59,376 nucleotides of DNA from Minisyncoccota bacterium (lineage in GTDB: Bacteria; Patescibacteriota; Minisyncoccia; Phycocordibacterales; UBA918): NCBI GenBank assembly GCA_041389005.1, contig JAWKSR010000005.1:1-59376 (forward strand). Reading direction: 5' to 3'. The position numbers and the translations under genes are program-made. The notes under the pieces were generated by a model. It searched no databases and was not told the DNA's origin. It saw only the letters and a program-made list of their open reading frames with translations. Positions 37,848 to 49,009 of this stretch are shown one piece after another; positions within the stretch are counted from its first letter, which is position 1; each line of letters opens with the position of its first letter.

Positions 37848-38390
37848 CTAAATGCAACTGCCACCAAGTGTCAGGATATACCCGTCCTCGTTGTCGTAGT
37901 TGAAAAACTGACCATCGCAGGTGAGTACACCGTCACGGGCATCTATTTCTGTGTTCGGTCCTTCTTGGGGTATGACCAACATATACCAGCGGTTACTCGT
38001 GTTGCTGGTATCTCCGTAACCACGAGCGTAATAACAATAATTAAGTCCGCCAGAATACGCGGCGGGACTCGATTCATTGATGGGGTCACTCGGCAGACCA
38101 TTTGGGAAGTATTCTGCCAATGCAGCACTGATATCGCCGCCACCGGTTGCCGGCCAGTCAGCACTGCTGCAGGACCAGCTGCTTTCCGGATAAAAACCGT
38201 TGTCTGAGTAATACGCTTCCAAAGCCTTTTGGATTTCCCGTGCTTCTGATAGTCGTTTAGCATCACGCCCCTTTTCTCGGGCGCTATTAAGGGATGCGAG
38301 CACCACAGAGGCTAAAGTGCCAATGATAGCAATGACTACTAATAACTCAATCAGTGTGAAACCTCGTTCATTGTAGCGGAATCGGTACAT
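37848..38390 (-). CDS. type IV pilin / pseudopilin (prepilin-type N-terminal cleavage/methylation domain)
   Basis: MYRFRYNERG|FTLIELLVVIAIIGTLASVVLASL. Confidence 0.8.
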   Translation of the reverse strand: MYRFRYNERGFTLIELLVVIAIIGTLASVVLASLNSAREKGRDAKRLSEAREIQKALEAYYSDNGFYPESSWSCSSADWPATGGGDISAALAEYFPNGLPSDPINESSPAAYSGGLNYCYYARGYGDTSNTSNRWYMLVIPQEGPNTEIDARDGVLTCDGQFFNYDNEDGYILTLGGSCI

Positions 38391-38393
38391 GTC

Positions 38394-38660
38394 TTATTGT
38401 GGGATGACCATAGGTTCCCCGGTGAGGGGATCAGTGTTATCAATCAGCCGTTCACGATCGGCACTGCTGCCACCGCCAAATCCAAAGAAAGCAATAACCA
38501 GCAATAAAAATACAATAATACCGATCTGTATCAGCGATGCTTGGCGGGTATTTTTAGCTAGACCCCGCGTTATCATAAAGCCAGTCAGACCAGCCGGTTT
38601 GTTGAGCCGGGCTGGCTCGCGTATGCCAAAATTAGGTTCCTCATTAAATTCAAGTCCCAT
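38394..38660 (-). CDS. hypothetical single-pass membrane protein
   Basis: ATG at 38660 preferred, which avoids overlap with the GT4 gene. TM helix LIQIGIIVFLLLVIAFFGF. Confidence 0.4.
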   Translation of the reverse strand: MGLEFNEEPNFGIREPARLNKPAGLTGFMITRGLAKNTRQASLIQIGIIVFLLLVIAFFGFGGGSSADRERLIDNTDPLTGEPMVIPQ

Positions 38661-38664
38661 ACTT

Positions 38665-39837
38665 CTATTGTACCGTATCACCCTCGTTTCGTTTGTCGGT
38701 GTAGACAGCCAGTGTCTTCGTGACCATTGATTCAACATTCCAGCGATTTATCCGTTGTTTGGCAGTTGTTCCTAAGCGCTGTCGGGTAGCCTGATTAGCG
38801 CAGTATTGAAGTGCAGCAGTAAGTTCTGCTGGCTCATAGGGATCAATGAGGTACCCGTCAACTTCATGAGTAACGATTTCAGGGATACCACCAACTTTGC
38901 TGGCTATACGCGGTAGGGAAGCGTGTGCAGCTTCAAGTAAGACATAGGGCAATCCTTCTTTTTTAGAGGGTAGTAAAAAGACATCAAAGGCAGCGAGATG
39001 TCGGCGCGCGTCTTTTTTGTGTCCAAGTAAGTGGATGTATCCCTCAGCGCCGAGTTGCTTAATGAGTGTTTGTAGTTCAGCCGTTTGTTCGCCGCCGCCA
39101 AGAATGATATAGCGGTAGGAGGTCTGATCGTGGTTTTGGTTGTACGTAACAATTGTGTTGATAGCATGGGTAAGATTTTTGTTTGAGGTTAGTTCAGCGA
39201 GGGTTCCAATCCAGAGAGCTGAATCGTCCTTTTTATAATCCGGGAGGAGTTCTTCGCGTGCCTGTTCTTTAGGAATCAGATCGATTGCATCGATACTGGG
39301 ATGAATCACGGTGGTGTGTGTACGTACCCAGGTACTCGGGGTGCTGGCATAATCTGCTTGTGAGACGGCAATTACTCGGTGTGCCAATAGACCGGTTAGC
39401 CAGGAAGCAAGATACACGAGGAGTTTCCATACCTTTGAACGATCTTCTCTAAACGCCCAGCCATGAGCAGTAAAAACAATCATCGGTACACCAAGTAGAC
39501 GTGCAATCAGTGAACCGGTGATACCAGCTTTAGAGCTATTAAGGTGGACAATGTCGGGGTCTTCTTCGTGGATGATATGAGCGAAGGAAAAAAGGGAACG
39601 TAACTCTTGGTATAGACCGATATCACGCTGTAAACCAGCTATCGAACGGTGAGTAATACCAGCTTCAGCGAGTCGATCAATCAGCTCACCACTACCACCG
39701 GAAGCCACTACAACGTTGTGTCCACGAGCGGTGAGTCGAGTTGCGAGGTCGAATACGTAGCGTTGGGCACCTCCAAAATTACTTTTGGTAATGACAAGCA
39801 GAACTTTTTTTGAGGTCTCTCCAGGGGTTTTTGGCAT
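38665..39837 (-). CDS. glycosyltransferase family 4 (GT-B fold)
   Basis: KVLLVITKSNFGGAQRYVFDLA... and the C-terminal EGLPYVLLEAAHASLPRIASKVGGIPEIV (E-x7-E region). Confidence 0.8.
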   Translation of the reverse strand: MPKTPGETSKKVLLVITKSNFGGAQRYVFDLATRLTARGHNVVVASGGSGELIDRLAEAGITHRSIAGLQRDIGLYQELRSLFSFAHIIHEEDPDIVHLNSSKAGITGSLIARLLGVPMIVFTAHGWAFREDRSKVWKLLVYLASWLTGLLAHRVIAVSQADYASTPSTWVRTHTTVIHPSIDAIDLIPKEQAREELLPDYKKDDSALWIGTLAELTSNKNLTHAINTIVTYNQNHDQTSYRYIILGGGEQTAELQTLIKQLGAEGYIHLLGHKKDARRHLAAFDVFLLPSKKEGLPYVLLEAAHASLPRIASKVGGIPEIVTHEVDGYLIDPYEPAELTAALQYCANQATRQRLGTTAKQRINRWNVESMVTKTLAVYTDKRNEGDTVQ

Positions 39838-39924
39838 GTTTGTTTTGTAACTATACCAGTATTACAATCGTTACAATAGTTGTCTATTATTAACGATTTA
39901 CGGTACCATAGCACTACCACGTGT

Positions 39925-41276
39925 ATGGGTGAACGAGCTCGAGAATTAATGATTTTATTACTTGGTGATGCTGTCTGCTTTGTGACAGCATTGTGGCTCA
40001 TGCTTTTGCTACGGTATTTTGAAGTGCCAACAGCGGAGCGTTTGTCCGCACACCTTGGTCCTTTTTTGATCCTGACTGGCGTGTGGCTCGTCTTGTTTTT
40101 TAGTGCTGGTCTTTACGACAAGCATACGACGCTTCTTAAGCAGGACCTACGCAACCGAATCATTTACACGCAGTTAGCAAACTTTTTAGTTGCTGCAGTG
40201 CTCTTTATTATTATTCCGTTTGGCATTGCTCCTAAGACCAATCTCGTACTCTATTTGCTCGTTTCCACAGCACTTTTAAGCTGGTGGCGATTATCTGGTT
40301 TTCATTTTTTTTCTCCCAAGGAACAACACAAAGCATTGTTAATCGCTGACGGTGACGAAGCGGTGGAGTTGGCTGATGAGATAAATAATAACGACCGCTA
40401 CAATTATTCTTTTGTTCGTATTATCAATGAACAAACTGCCCGTGAGGCAGACGACTTTGAAAGCAAACTATTGCAAGTAATTGAACAAGAAGACGTAAGG
40501 ATTCTCGTGGTTAGTCGTGAGGGGTCATATACACGTTCGATTATGCCAGCGATGTTTGATCTCTCATTCCTGCATTTCCGTTCTACGTTTGTTGATTTTG
40601 TGAGTTTATACGAGGACACCTTTGACCGTATTCCCGTTTCTTCATTGAGTTATGAGTGGTTTATCAATAATGTCTCAAAAGTGAGTCATCCACTCTATGC
40701 GTTTATCAAACGACTTATTGATTTGGTGGGGGTGGTTGTTTTGGCCGTGCCCTCAATGGTGCTGCTTCCATTTGTGGCTTTAGCAATAAAACTTGAAGAT
40801 GGTGGACCACTTTTTATTACACTGAGCGGGTGGGGCAGTTTAATCGACCGATTACGATTGTGAAGTTTCGTAGTATGACCGGTAGAGACCAGGGCGATAA
40901 TGCACTCAAAAGTGAACTTACAGTAACCAAAACCGGTGCATTTTTGCGTAAAACTCGCATTGATGAGCTGCCGCAATTGTTTAACGTGTTGCGCGGAGAC
41001 TTGTCTTTTATTGGTCCGCGCCCGGAAATGCCTGCTCTTGCTTCGGTGTATGCTGAACAAATTCCGTTTTACAATGTACGGCACTACATAAAACCAGGTC
41101 TCTCAGGTTGGGCGCAGATAAATGATGTCGATGCGCCACGCGGCGGCGTGGACGTGGAGCGAACTTTGTCCAAACTTTCGTATGATTTGTTTTACCTCAA
41201 ACATCGGTCGTTATTGCTTGATATTCATATTGCATTGAAGACATTAGCAGCGCTTGTGATGCGGACGGGGGTGTAA
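39925..41276 (+). pseudogene. polyprenyl-phosphate sugar phosphotransferase (WbaP/bacterial sugar transferase family), one frameshift as assembled
   Basis: ORF 39880-40863 (TM region ... KRLIDLVGVVVLAVPSMVLLPFVALAIKLEDGGPLF) and ORF 40830-41276 (RVGQFNRPITIVKFRSM ... DELPQLFNVLRGDLSFIGPRP). Adding one T to the T run at 40811-40815 joins them. Confidence 0.8.
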
Positions 41277-41282
41277 TAGATC

Positions 41283-42203
41283 ATGACAAAAGTATTAGTA
41301 ACAGGAGGAGCGGGGTTCATTGGTTCACATTGTGTGGACATGCTTTTACGCGAAAACTACGAGGTAGTGGTTTTGGATATTTTACCGGCAGATAAAGCCC
41401 GTAACCTAACGCACTGTATGGACGCCATCACCTACATAGAAGGTGATGTGCGCGATTTAAAACAGACTTGTGAGGCAATGGAGGGTTGCGATCGGGTAGT
41501 ACATTTCGCGGCGATTGTGTCAGTTCCACTTTCCATGGAAGACCCCGTGGGTTCTCATAATACCAACGTGACGGGTACACTGAATGTTTTTGAAGCAGCG
41601 CGCTTGCTGGGTGTTACGCGCGTTGTCTACGCTTCCTCAGCAGCTGTCTACGGTGACCTTGATCGAGATGCTTTGTGTGAATCAGATATCACGACACCTC
41701 TATCTCCCTACGGATGGCATAAAGTGATGAACGAGCAGTATGCAGACTTATATTGCCGTCAATTCGGAGTAGAGATGGTTGGTTTACGATTTTTCAATGT
41801 CTACGGTTCTCGTCAGGACCCCACGTCACCGTATTCGGGAGTCATTACTATTTTTAAGGAGCGTCTTATAAAAAACGAACCTCTAGTTATTTTCGGTGAT
41901 GGTGGACAGACTCGGGATTTTGTACACGTTGCTGATGTGGTAGCAACCTGCGTAGCTTTCTTGGGTGACCAGGAACCAGTTCAGGGTGTTTACAATGTCG
42001 GTACGGGTAAAGCAGTCACAATCAAAGCGGTTGCTACTACTATGATTGAGTTATTTAATCCTGATCAAGATATTACTTACAAAGAAGCACGTGAAGGTGA
42101 TATTGCCCGCAGTTGCGCTGATACTACTAAACTGCAGGCTTACTTGGGATTAGCTCCACAGACTGACATAGCAAATGGACTGCGTACTTTAGAGACGAGT
42201 TAG
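41283..42203 (+). CDS. NAD-dependent epimerase/dehydratase (UDP-sugar 4-epimerase-like SDR)
   Basis: VLVTGGAGFIGSH and the YxxxK region (SPYGWHKV). Confidence 0.85.
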   Translation: MTKVLVTGGAGFIGSHCVDMLLRENYEVVVLDILPADKARNLTHCMDAITYIEGDVRDLKQTCEAMEGCDRVVHFAAIVSVPLSMEDPVGSHNTNVTGTLNVFEAARLLGVTRVVYASSAAVYGDLDRDALCESDITTPLSPYGWHKVMNEQYADLYCRQFGVEMVGLRFFNVYGSRQDPTSPYSGVITIFKERLIKNEPLVIFGDGGQTRDFVHVADVVATCVAFLGDQEPVQGVYNVGTGKAVTIKAVATTMIELFNPDQDITYKEAREGDIARSCADTTKLQAYLGLAPQTDIANGLRTLETS

Positions 42204-42253
42204 TAATTTCTTGGTTGTAGGGGATTTTTTGGCACGGTATACTGACGCACACT

Positions 42254-43051
42254 ATGATTGTTGATGGGCGCGCAATTGCAGCTGATATTTATCGAGAGAT
42301 TGAGAACGCAATTACACATCTCGACACCACTCCACACCTAACTGTCTTTACCTGTGCACCGAATTTTGAGACCCAAAAATATCTTGATCTGAAAAGACGA
42401 AAAGCCCAGGCGGTGGGTATTGGGGTCAATGTCATTGAGTTTCCTGCCACTATCACTACCGAAGAAGTGGTGCAATCAATTAACCATGCCGCCATGCAGA
42501 CTGACGGTATCATCGTGCAGCTACCATTCCCAGCTCATGTAGATGCTGAGGAAGTGCTTAAAAACATACCCCCATCACTCGATGTTGATGCTATGCACTA
42601 TGATGGTACGGCTACCGATATATTGCCGCCAGTAGTGGGGGCTATCGCTACTATCGCCCAGCGACATGATGTGTTATTTGCTACTAGTCAGACCCTTATT
42701 ATCGGACAGGGTAGGTTGGTGGGAGCGCCTGCCAAACTCTGGGCAGAGAAAATGGGCGCGCAAGTCAGCGTTGTTACCAAAGGCAGTAAAGATATTATAG
42801 AAAAGCTACATGCTGCCCAGATTATTATCACTGGTGCTGGAGTAGCTGGATTGGTACGCGCCGAGCAGGTGATGGAAGGCGTGATCATTTTTGATGCCGG
42901 CACTTCTGAAGAGGGCGGGGAATTACGGGGAGATGTAGACCCGGCGTGTGTTGAGAAAGCTACTTTGTTTACGCCAGTTCCGGGGGGTATTGGCCCCATA
43001 ACAGTAGCTATCTTACTCCGTAATTTGGTTCGGTTAGTAGCTAAGCGATAA
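42254..43051 (+). CDS. folD: bifunctional methylenetetrahydrofolate dehydrogenase/cyclohydrolase
   Basis: MIVDGRAIAADIYREI..., GIIVQLPFP, IIGQGRLVGAP and PVPGGIGPITVAILL. Confidence 0.9.
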   Translation: MIVDGRAIAADIYREIENAITHLDTTPHLTVFTCAPNFETQKYLDLKRRKAQAVGIGVNVIEFPATITTEEVVQSINHAAMQTDGIIVQLPFPAHVDAEEVLKNIPPSLDVDAMHYDGTATDILPPVVGAIATIAQRHDVLFATSQTLIIGQGRLVGAPAKLWAEKMGAQVSVVTKGSKDIIEKLHAAQIIITGAGVAGLVRAEQVMEGVIIFDAGTSEEGGELRGDVDPACVEKATLFTPVPGGIGPITVAILLRNLVRLVAKR

Positions 43052-43093
43052 GGTGCGTTTGTAGAGGCAAAATGGTAGGATAGGCGAATTATT

Positions 43094-44530
43094 ATGGATA
43101 CACAAAGATCAGAGCACTCAAGTCAGTCCACAAAAGCTATCATTCGCAGTTTTTATGCAGTTTTAACTATTGCTTTTGGGGTTCTGGTAGCCTGGTTTGT
43201 GTGGCAAAACGCTGCCTACGAAGCGGCTGAACGTCCCTTCAAACTTGGACTTGATCTCGCAGGCGGTTCACACTTGGTCTACGAAGCTGACGTTTCCAGC
43301 ATTGCCCCGCAAGATGTGCCAGATTTGATGAATGTACTGCGCGATGTAATTGAGCGCCGAGTAAATATTTTTGGCGTCTCTGAACCTATTGTGCAAGTAG
43401 AGAGTAGCAGTTTTGTCTCAGATACAAAGACGGAACGATTGGTAGTGGAGTTGCCGGGCGTTACTGATGTGACGGAGGCGGTTCGGGAGATTGGCAAGAC
43501 TCCACTTCTGGAGTTCAAATTAGTCGATCAGGAGGCTTTGGCAACCAAAGAAGCGCTTTCTGGTATTGAAGCGAACAATACTGCCACCTCAGGGCTTTTA
43601 CTTGGTGATGTAAAAGTAAATGGAGAAACGGTAAATGAACCCTTTGTAGATACTGGACTGACCGGACGCTATCTTGAGTCGGCGCAACTTGAATTCCTCG
43701 GACAAAACAGTGGTGGTTTAGCAAACGAACCAATCGTTTCGATCAAATTTAATGATGAAGGAGGGGAGTTGTTCTACCAGATTACCCGCGATAACGTAGG
43801 CGAACAGCTCGCCATCTTTCTCGATGGAGAAATGGTCTCAGCTCCTAATATCAACGAACCAATTCCAGGGGGGTCTGCCATTATCTCTGGCAGCTTCACA
43901 CCAGATGAGGCACGTGACCTCGCCCAAAATCTAAATTTCGGTGCACTACCAGTACCGATTACACTCGCGAGTACCCAGACTATCGGCGCAACCTTGGGTG
44001 CTGAAGTACTTGATAAGGGGGTAGAAGCTGGCATGACCGGCATTAGTCTCGTAATCGTGTTCATGATTCTGTGGTATCGATTGCCTGGTGTAGTAGCCGG
44101 TATTGCACTCTTAGTTTATGTGGCTATGATGCTCGCGCTCTTCCAGCTGATTCCAGTCACCCTCACAGCGGCGGGTCTAGCTGGCTTCGTGCTTTCACTC
44201 GGTATGGCAGTGGATGCTAATGTGTTGGTGTTTGAGCGCATGAAAGAGGAGTATCGCTTTGGTAAAGGGTCACGAGAAAGTGCACAGGTCGGCTTCGCGC
44301 GAGCGTGGAGCGCAATTCGTGACGGTAATATCACGAGCCTTTTGTCCGCCATCATTCTCTTCTGGTTCGGTACGTCTATCGTAAAGGGTTTTGCGCTAGT
44401 GTTTGGTATTGGAGTAATCGTTTCTATGCTCTCAGCTCTATTGGTTACGCGGACACTTTTGATAGCGTTACCGGACTTGCGACTCGCTAAAAAGTTTGGC
44501 TGGCTTTGTAATTCAGGACTGAAAAAATAA
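43094..44530 (+). CDS. secD: protein translocase subunit SecD
   Basis: LGLDLAGGSHLVYEAD, FGVSEPIVQ and the C-terminal six-TM SecD/F domain. Confidence 0.9.
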   Translation: MDTQRSEHSSQSTKAIIRSFYAVLTIAFGVLVAWFVWQNAAYEAAERPFKLGLDLAGGSHLVYEADVSSIAPQDVPDLMNVLRDVIERRVNIFGVSEPIVQVESSSFVSDTKTERLVVELPGVTDVTEAVREIGKTPLLEFKLVDQEALATKEALSGIEANNTATSGLLLGDVKVNGETVNEPFVDTGLTGRYLESAQLEFLGQNSGGLANEPIVSIKFNDEGGELFYQITRDNVGEQLAIFLDGEMVSAPNINEPIPGGSAIISGSFTPDEARDLAQNLNFGALPVPITLASTQTIGATLGAEVLDKGVEAGMTGISLVIVFMILWYRLPGVVAGIALLVYVAMMLALFQLIPVTLTAAGLAGFVLSLGMAVDANVLVFERMKEEYRFGKGSRESAQVGFARAWSAIRDGNITSLLSAIILFWFGTSIVKGFALVFGIGVIVSMLSALLVTRTLLIALPDLRLAKKFGWLCNSGLKK

Positions 44531-44533
44531 ATT

Positions 44534-45502
44534 ATGTGGATCATTACACACAAACGAATACTTATTGTTATCGGTCTCGTTATTATGACCGCAGCAGTTT
44601 TGGTTATCGGTACGTTGGGACTCAACCTGGGTATTGATTTTACTGGAGGTTCTTTAAGTGAGGTCTCTTATGGTGAACGACCGGAAAAAACTGAGATGGA
44701 GGGGCGACTCAGCACTCTTGATTTGGGAGGGTATTCACTGAGAGAAACAACTGATGAAGCTGGGCGTGCTGGGTATATTTTACGCACACGTGATTTGAGC
44801 GAAACCGAGCGTATCGCCGTTGAAGAGGCACTGACAAGCGTTGGTGCTGAAGCGGAACTGACCCGATTTACCTCTATCGGTCCTGTTATTGGGCAGGAAT
44901 TGAAGGACAAGGCAGTCTGGGCGATCGGTGGGGTAGTTACCGTTATCATCCTCTATGTTTCGTTTGCGTTCTTTGGAGTTGGGAAACCAGTTAGTTCGTG
45001 GGTGTATGGCGGTATTACCATTTTTGCTCTGGCGCATGATGTTCTGGTTCCGACCGCCGCTATGGCACTGCTCGGGTACTTATTTGCAGTTGAAGTAGAT
45101 GTCTTGTTTGTCATGGCACTTTTAGCGGTACTTGGCTACTCGGTGAACGATACCATCGTGGTATTCGATCGCGTACGCGAAAATTTGGTACGGTACCGTC
45201 AAGAAAAGAAGATTAAAACCAAAAATGAATACGGACAGACCGAAGAGACAATCGATTATGTCTTCACGAAACCCTTCGCCACTATTGTGGGTGAATCAGT
45301 CGACCAGACTCTACTCCGTTCCATCAATACTTCCGTCACCACACTTTTGGCACTTTTGGCACTGTATTTCTTGGGCGGCGATGTGACCGCTACATTTGCC
45401 CTCATTTTGATCGTCGGTGTACTTGCGGGAACCTACTCATCGATTGCTCTTGCAAGCCCGCTTTTGGTCTGGTGGGCAGAACGCTCTAATACCAATTCAT
45501 AA
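44534..45502 (+). CDS. secF: protein translocase subunit SecF
   Basis: GIDFTGGS ... GYSVNDTIVVFDRVREN, directly downstream of secD. Confidence 0.9.
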   Translation: MWIITHKRILIVIGLVIMTAAVLVIGTLGLNLGIDFTGGSLSEVSYGERPEKTEMEGRLSTLDLGGYSLRETTDEAGRAGYILRTRDLSETERIAVEEALTSVGAEAELTRFTSIGPVIGQELKDKAVWAIGGVVTVIILYVSFAFFGVGKPVSSWVYGGITIFALAHDVLVPTAAMALLGYLFAVEVDVLFVMALLAVLGYSVNDTIVVFDRVRENLVRYRQEKKIKTKNEYGQTEETIDYVFTKPFATIVGESVDQTLLRSINTSVTTLLALLALYFLGGDVTATFALILIVGVLAGTYSSIALASPLLVWWAERSNTNS

Positions 45503-45504
45503 TC

Positions 45505-46059
45505 ATGCTGATCGGTGTTACAGGCACAGATGGTTCGGGGAAAGGAATGGTAGTCGAGTATTTGGTGAAACACAAAGGCTTTGTGCATTACTCAGCTCGT
45601 GAATTAATAACTACAGAGATTGGAAAGCGAGGACTCAGCAAAAGTCGCGAAAACACACGGATCGTGGCTAATGATATGCGACGGCAACACGGGAATGACG
45701 TGATTGTAGCTACCGCACTTAAAAAAATTAAAGAACAGGGAGTCACCGATGCAGTTGTCGAATCCATTCGGGCACTCGCAGAAGCTAAAACGTTGAAAGA
45801 AAACGGCGGTATCTTACTAGCGGTAGATGCTAATCAAACCTTGCGTTACCAACGAGTAGTAGCACGGGGTTCAGAAACCGACCATATCACGTTTGAGGAA
45901 TTTAAAGCACAGGAGATGTTGGAAATGAACGATCCGGATCCGCACGGTATGCAAAAAGCTAAGGTCATGGAGTTGGCTGACGCTACCATTTTAAACGAAG
46001 GTTCGCTAGAAGAACTCCATCGCGACATTGAACAGTTTTTGCAGAAATATGGAATTTAA
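45505..46059 (+). CDS. P-loop nucleotide kinase family protein (dephospho-CoA kinase / dNMP kinase-like)
   Basis: MLIGVTGTDGSGKGMV Walker A. Size and layout are typical of small nucleotide kinases. Specificity is not assignable. Confidence 0.5.
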   Translation: MLIGVTGTDGSGKGMVVEYLVKHKGFVHYSARELITTEIGKRGLSKSRENTRIVANDMRRQHGNDVIVATALKKIKEQGVTDAVVESIRALAEAKTLKENGGILLAVDANQTLRYQRVVARGSETDHITFEEFKAQEMLEMNDPDPHGMQKAKVMELADATILNEGSLEELHRDIEQFLQKYGI

Positions 46060-46801
46060 AAGCATCGGTATAATTGGTTACGGTGCTTTTGGCGCGTACG
46101 TAAAAGAACTAGCTCAACGTTTTGTTCCAGCAGTAGAAATAAAGGTGCACTCAAGTCGATTTGCGCCCGATGAGACAACCTTTTTCACCTTAGAGTCAGC
46201 CTGCTCGTGTGACGTGGTGGTGCTCTGCTGTGCTATTTCAGAATATGAGGAAAAACTATCTACCTTACTACCACTCATCCCCAAGACATCAGTCATTGTG
46301 GACGTAGCGACGGTAAAAGTACACACCGCCAAATTATTCAAACAATTAGCCGCTGGACACCTATACATTTGTACTCCATCCGATGTTTGGTCGGGAGAGT
46401 GATAAAAAAACTGGCAGTGATGTGGTGGTTTTCGGATTGTGGTAACTGATATGACTTTGGCTGATGGTGAGTATCAGCAGGCTAAAGATTTTCTAACCAC
46501 CTGCGGATTTGCTGTAGTTGAGATGACAGCTGAGGAGCACGATAAACTCTTGGCGGACACACTTTTTATTACTCACTATATTGCTCAGACCGTAAAAACC
46601 GGCGGATTTTCACGTACCGAACTCGATACTGTGTCATTCCAGTCTCTCATGAATGCCGTGGAGAGTGTGATGCAAGACGAAAAACTCTTTCACGATGTCT
46701 ATCGTTTTAATCCCTACTGCAAAACTGCCGCTCTACGCTTTCACGAGGCTCAGGAAAAAGTCTGGCAGGCATTGCCACGTTCTTCTGAGGAGGCTGTCTA
46801 G
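46049..46801 (+). pseudogene. prephenate/arogenate dehydrogenase-like protein, frame-disrupted near 46380-46440 as assembled
   Basis: ORF 46028-46402 (IGIIGYGAFGAY Rossmann ... VDVATVK ... ICT) and ORF 46439-46801 (EEHDKLLADTLFITHYIA ... FHDVYRFNP). Confidence 0.65.
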
Positions 46802-47364
46802 TTTATTTTTGCGCTATCAAAGAGGACGCCAAAAGCACGACACCACGTTAAGACATACGGATACTCACCAAGATCAACATCAAGTGGCACACCATAAATA
46901 AGGTTACCCTGATTGCCTTTAGCGGGACCGAGGTCAATAAATTCAGATGCCTCTAAGTCAGATGCAAGATAAATGCGTAAGTCTGGTCCATTGGTTCCTT
47001 GGTAATCAAGAAAGCGGAGGAGTGTTTCTTCTGGGGAGTAAATGACCTCAACGTCACCACTGGCAGGATGTCCGGAGGTTCCAGTAATGGGGAATGGTCC
47101 AGCGCTAAAGACTTCGGGAATAATTTCCGTATTATCTGACTGGTCTTTTTGAATTGATTCGACTGAACCGTCTGCTGGTTTGTCTGTAGTGCCTCCTTGC
47201 TTCTTAGTAGCACGAGCGTCAACTTCTGCTTGGGCGCGCAGGCGTGCTTCGAGAGCTGGGTCAAGTTCATCTTGCACTTCTACATTAATAAACAGGGGAG
47301 ACACAAACCACCAGATTAGTGCTCCAGCCAACACCAGTCCAATTAGTACGAGTAATTTCTTCAT
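46798..47364 (-). CDS. DM13 domain-containing secreted protein
   Basis: N-terminal anchor, then HPASGDVEVI...LRFLDYQGTNGPDLRIYLA...DLGPAKGNQGNLIYGVP...YVLTWCRAFGVLF. Confidence 0.6.
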   Translation of the reverse strand: MKKLLVLIGLVLAGALIWWFVSPLFINVEVQDELDPALEARLRAQAEVDARATKKQGGTTDKPADGSVESIQKDQSDNTEIIPEVFSAGPFPITGTSGHPASGDVEVIYSPEETLLRFLDYQGTNGPDLRIYLASDLEASEFIDLGPAKGNQGNLIYGVPLDVDLGEYPYVLTWCRAFGVLFDSAKIN

Positions 47365-47447
47365 CTATTTAGTATACGCTACTTCGCATAGGAGTGATGT
47401 ATGGAGTGGTATACTGTATGAACTATTTAGATTAACCTAGTTTTCTT

Positions 47448-47834
47448 ATGCATTGGTTTCTTGATCCAGTGAAAAATCACTATTTTGACTTTGAAGGACG
47501 AGTGGCACGTAAGCCATTTTGGATGTTTATTTTGATCTACATGATTATCTACATCGTCCTCATTGCTATTAACGAAGGTCTCGGCTTTTTGTTTGCTCTT
47601 GCTATGTTGTGTCCGAGCCTTGGACTCACTGCTCGGCGTCTACATGACACGAATATGTCCGGCTGGTGGCAACTCATCGGACTAATTCCGTTGGTGGGAC
47701 TGATTGTAATGATTGTTTTCTTAGTACGCGACAGCCAGCCGGAGGCTAATCAGTATGGTCCAAATCCAAAAGGGGTTGCAGCTAGTAGCCAACCAGCTCC
47801 AGCAGAAACTGAGTCGACAGAGTCGGGTATGTAA
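47448..47834 (+). CDS. DUF805 family membrane protein
   Basis: YFDFEGRVARKPFWMFIL ... LGLTARRLHDTNMSGWWQLIGLIPLVG. Confidence 0.75.
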   Translation: MHWFLDPVKNHYFDFEGRVARKPFWMFILIYMIIYIVLIAINEGLGFLFALAMLCPSLGLTARRLHDTNMSGWWQLIGLIPLVGLIVMIVFLVRDSQPEANQYGPNPKGVAASSQPAPAETESTESGM

Positions 47835-47846
47835 AAAGCCCGCACG

Positions 47847-48182
47847 TTACCGCACGGAGCCTCCCATTTTCATCTGTCTCAAAAAGAGCATTGACTCGAT
47901 CTTCCTGATCGAAAGTCGGTCCAAAGAGCTCAGGGCTTGAGTCCAGTTCGTTTTCTTTGCTCCAGAAAACTCTCTTGAACCGCGCGTCACCCGAAGCAAA
48001 GCACCAGTGCCCCCGTAGAGAACTTGTTGATAAGGCGCCAGCTCTCTGACTCGAATGCGATAGATTCGGTAGCGCTTATCGAGCATGTTCAACATCGCTT
48101 GATCGATGCGAATCAGCTTAAGTACGTCTTCGGATCCGCGGTCTTTCTGAAGCCCTAGCCTTCTGAATAGTTTGAACATCAA
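47847..48182 (-). CDS. hypothetical protein
   Basis: A 111-aa ORF fills the gap between two supported genes. No recognisable motif. Confidence 0.3.
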   Translation of the reverse strand: MMFKLFRRLGLQKDRGSEDVLKLIRIDQAMLNMLDKRYRIYRIRVRELAPYQQVLYGGTGALLRVTRGSREFSGAKKTNWTQALSSLDRLSIRKIESMLFLRQMKMGGSVR

Positions 48183-48232
48183 AACCTCCTAGATTTGTTC
48201 GGATAAAAATATACTATAAAAAAGTATTTTGT

Positions 48233-48920
48233 CTACGGATGGATGCGGGTGCCGGTGAATGCTTGATTGTTTAAGAAGTGAGAGTTCGGCGAGGTTCTCG
48301 CCGTTGAGAATAACAACTTCAATGCCATGTGCCTCTGCTTCGCGAGCAGCGGCGGGATCAAATGGGGTGGAAAGACCCGGGTCCCAGTCTTTCGGAATAA
48401 GCTCTCGGAAATCTGCCCATGTGATGTCTTCAATCGGGGTGGCATGTGGGTCGCGCTTGGGATCGGCAGTATATACGTGGGTGATGTTGGAGAGGTTGAT
48501 TACTTTTTTAGCGCCGAGCTTCTCTGCAATCTGTATCGCCCGCAGGTCGGTACTGCCACCAGGTCGGTAGCCGGCAGAAATAATAAGTTGAGCGTCTTCT
48601 GGCACATCTACCACTTCATCTGGATTGAACACAATGACGGGGTGAGCGCTGGCTTTGAAAATCGTACGCAAAAGATGCCCGTTAAGACGAGTAGCGTGGA
48701 TACCAATCCAGTCGAGGTCTTCGTCATCAAGTCCGGCGATGGTAAAGGCGGCGTCTTGGTAGCGGCGGGCGGTACGCCCGCCACCAGCGATAATGACAAA
48801 CCGGCGGTCATTAGTATCAATCTGTTCTTCGATAAAAGCTTTGAGGTTAATGAGAAAGCTGGTATCAATCTGATCGGGTACAATCAATGAACCGCCTACT
48901 GACATGACGATAGTTTCCAT
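48233..48920 (-). CDS. pyrH: UMP kinase (archaeal-type amino-acid kinase fold), C-terminal frameshift as assembled
   Basis: IVMSVGGSLI, IIAGGGRTARRY and GIHATRLNGHLL. The last ~16 aa (HFLNNQAFTGTRIHP) read in the frame of ORF 48233-48445. Confidence 0.75.
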
Positions 48921-49009
48921 ACTGCGATTATAGCACTGTTGTTATGTGGAGCTGAGGAAAGACTTATTTGATACAATTAGAGGTACATTTAGAACAAACT
49001 AATTTTTCT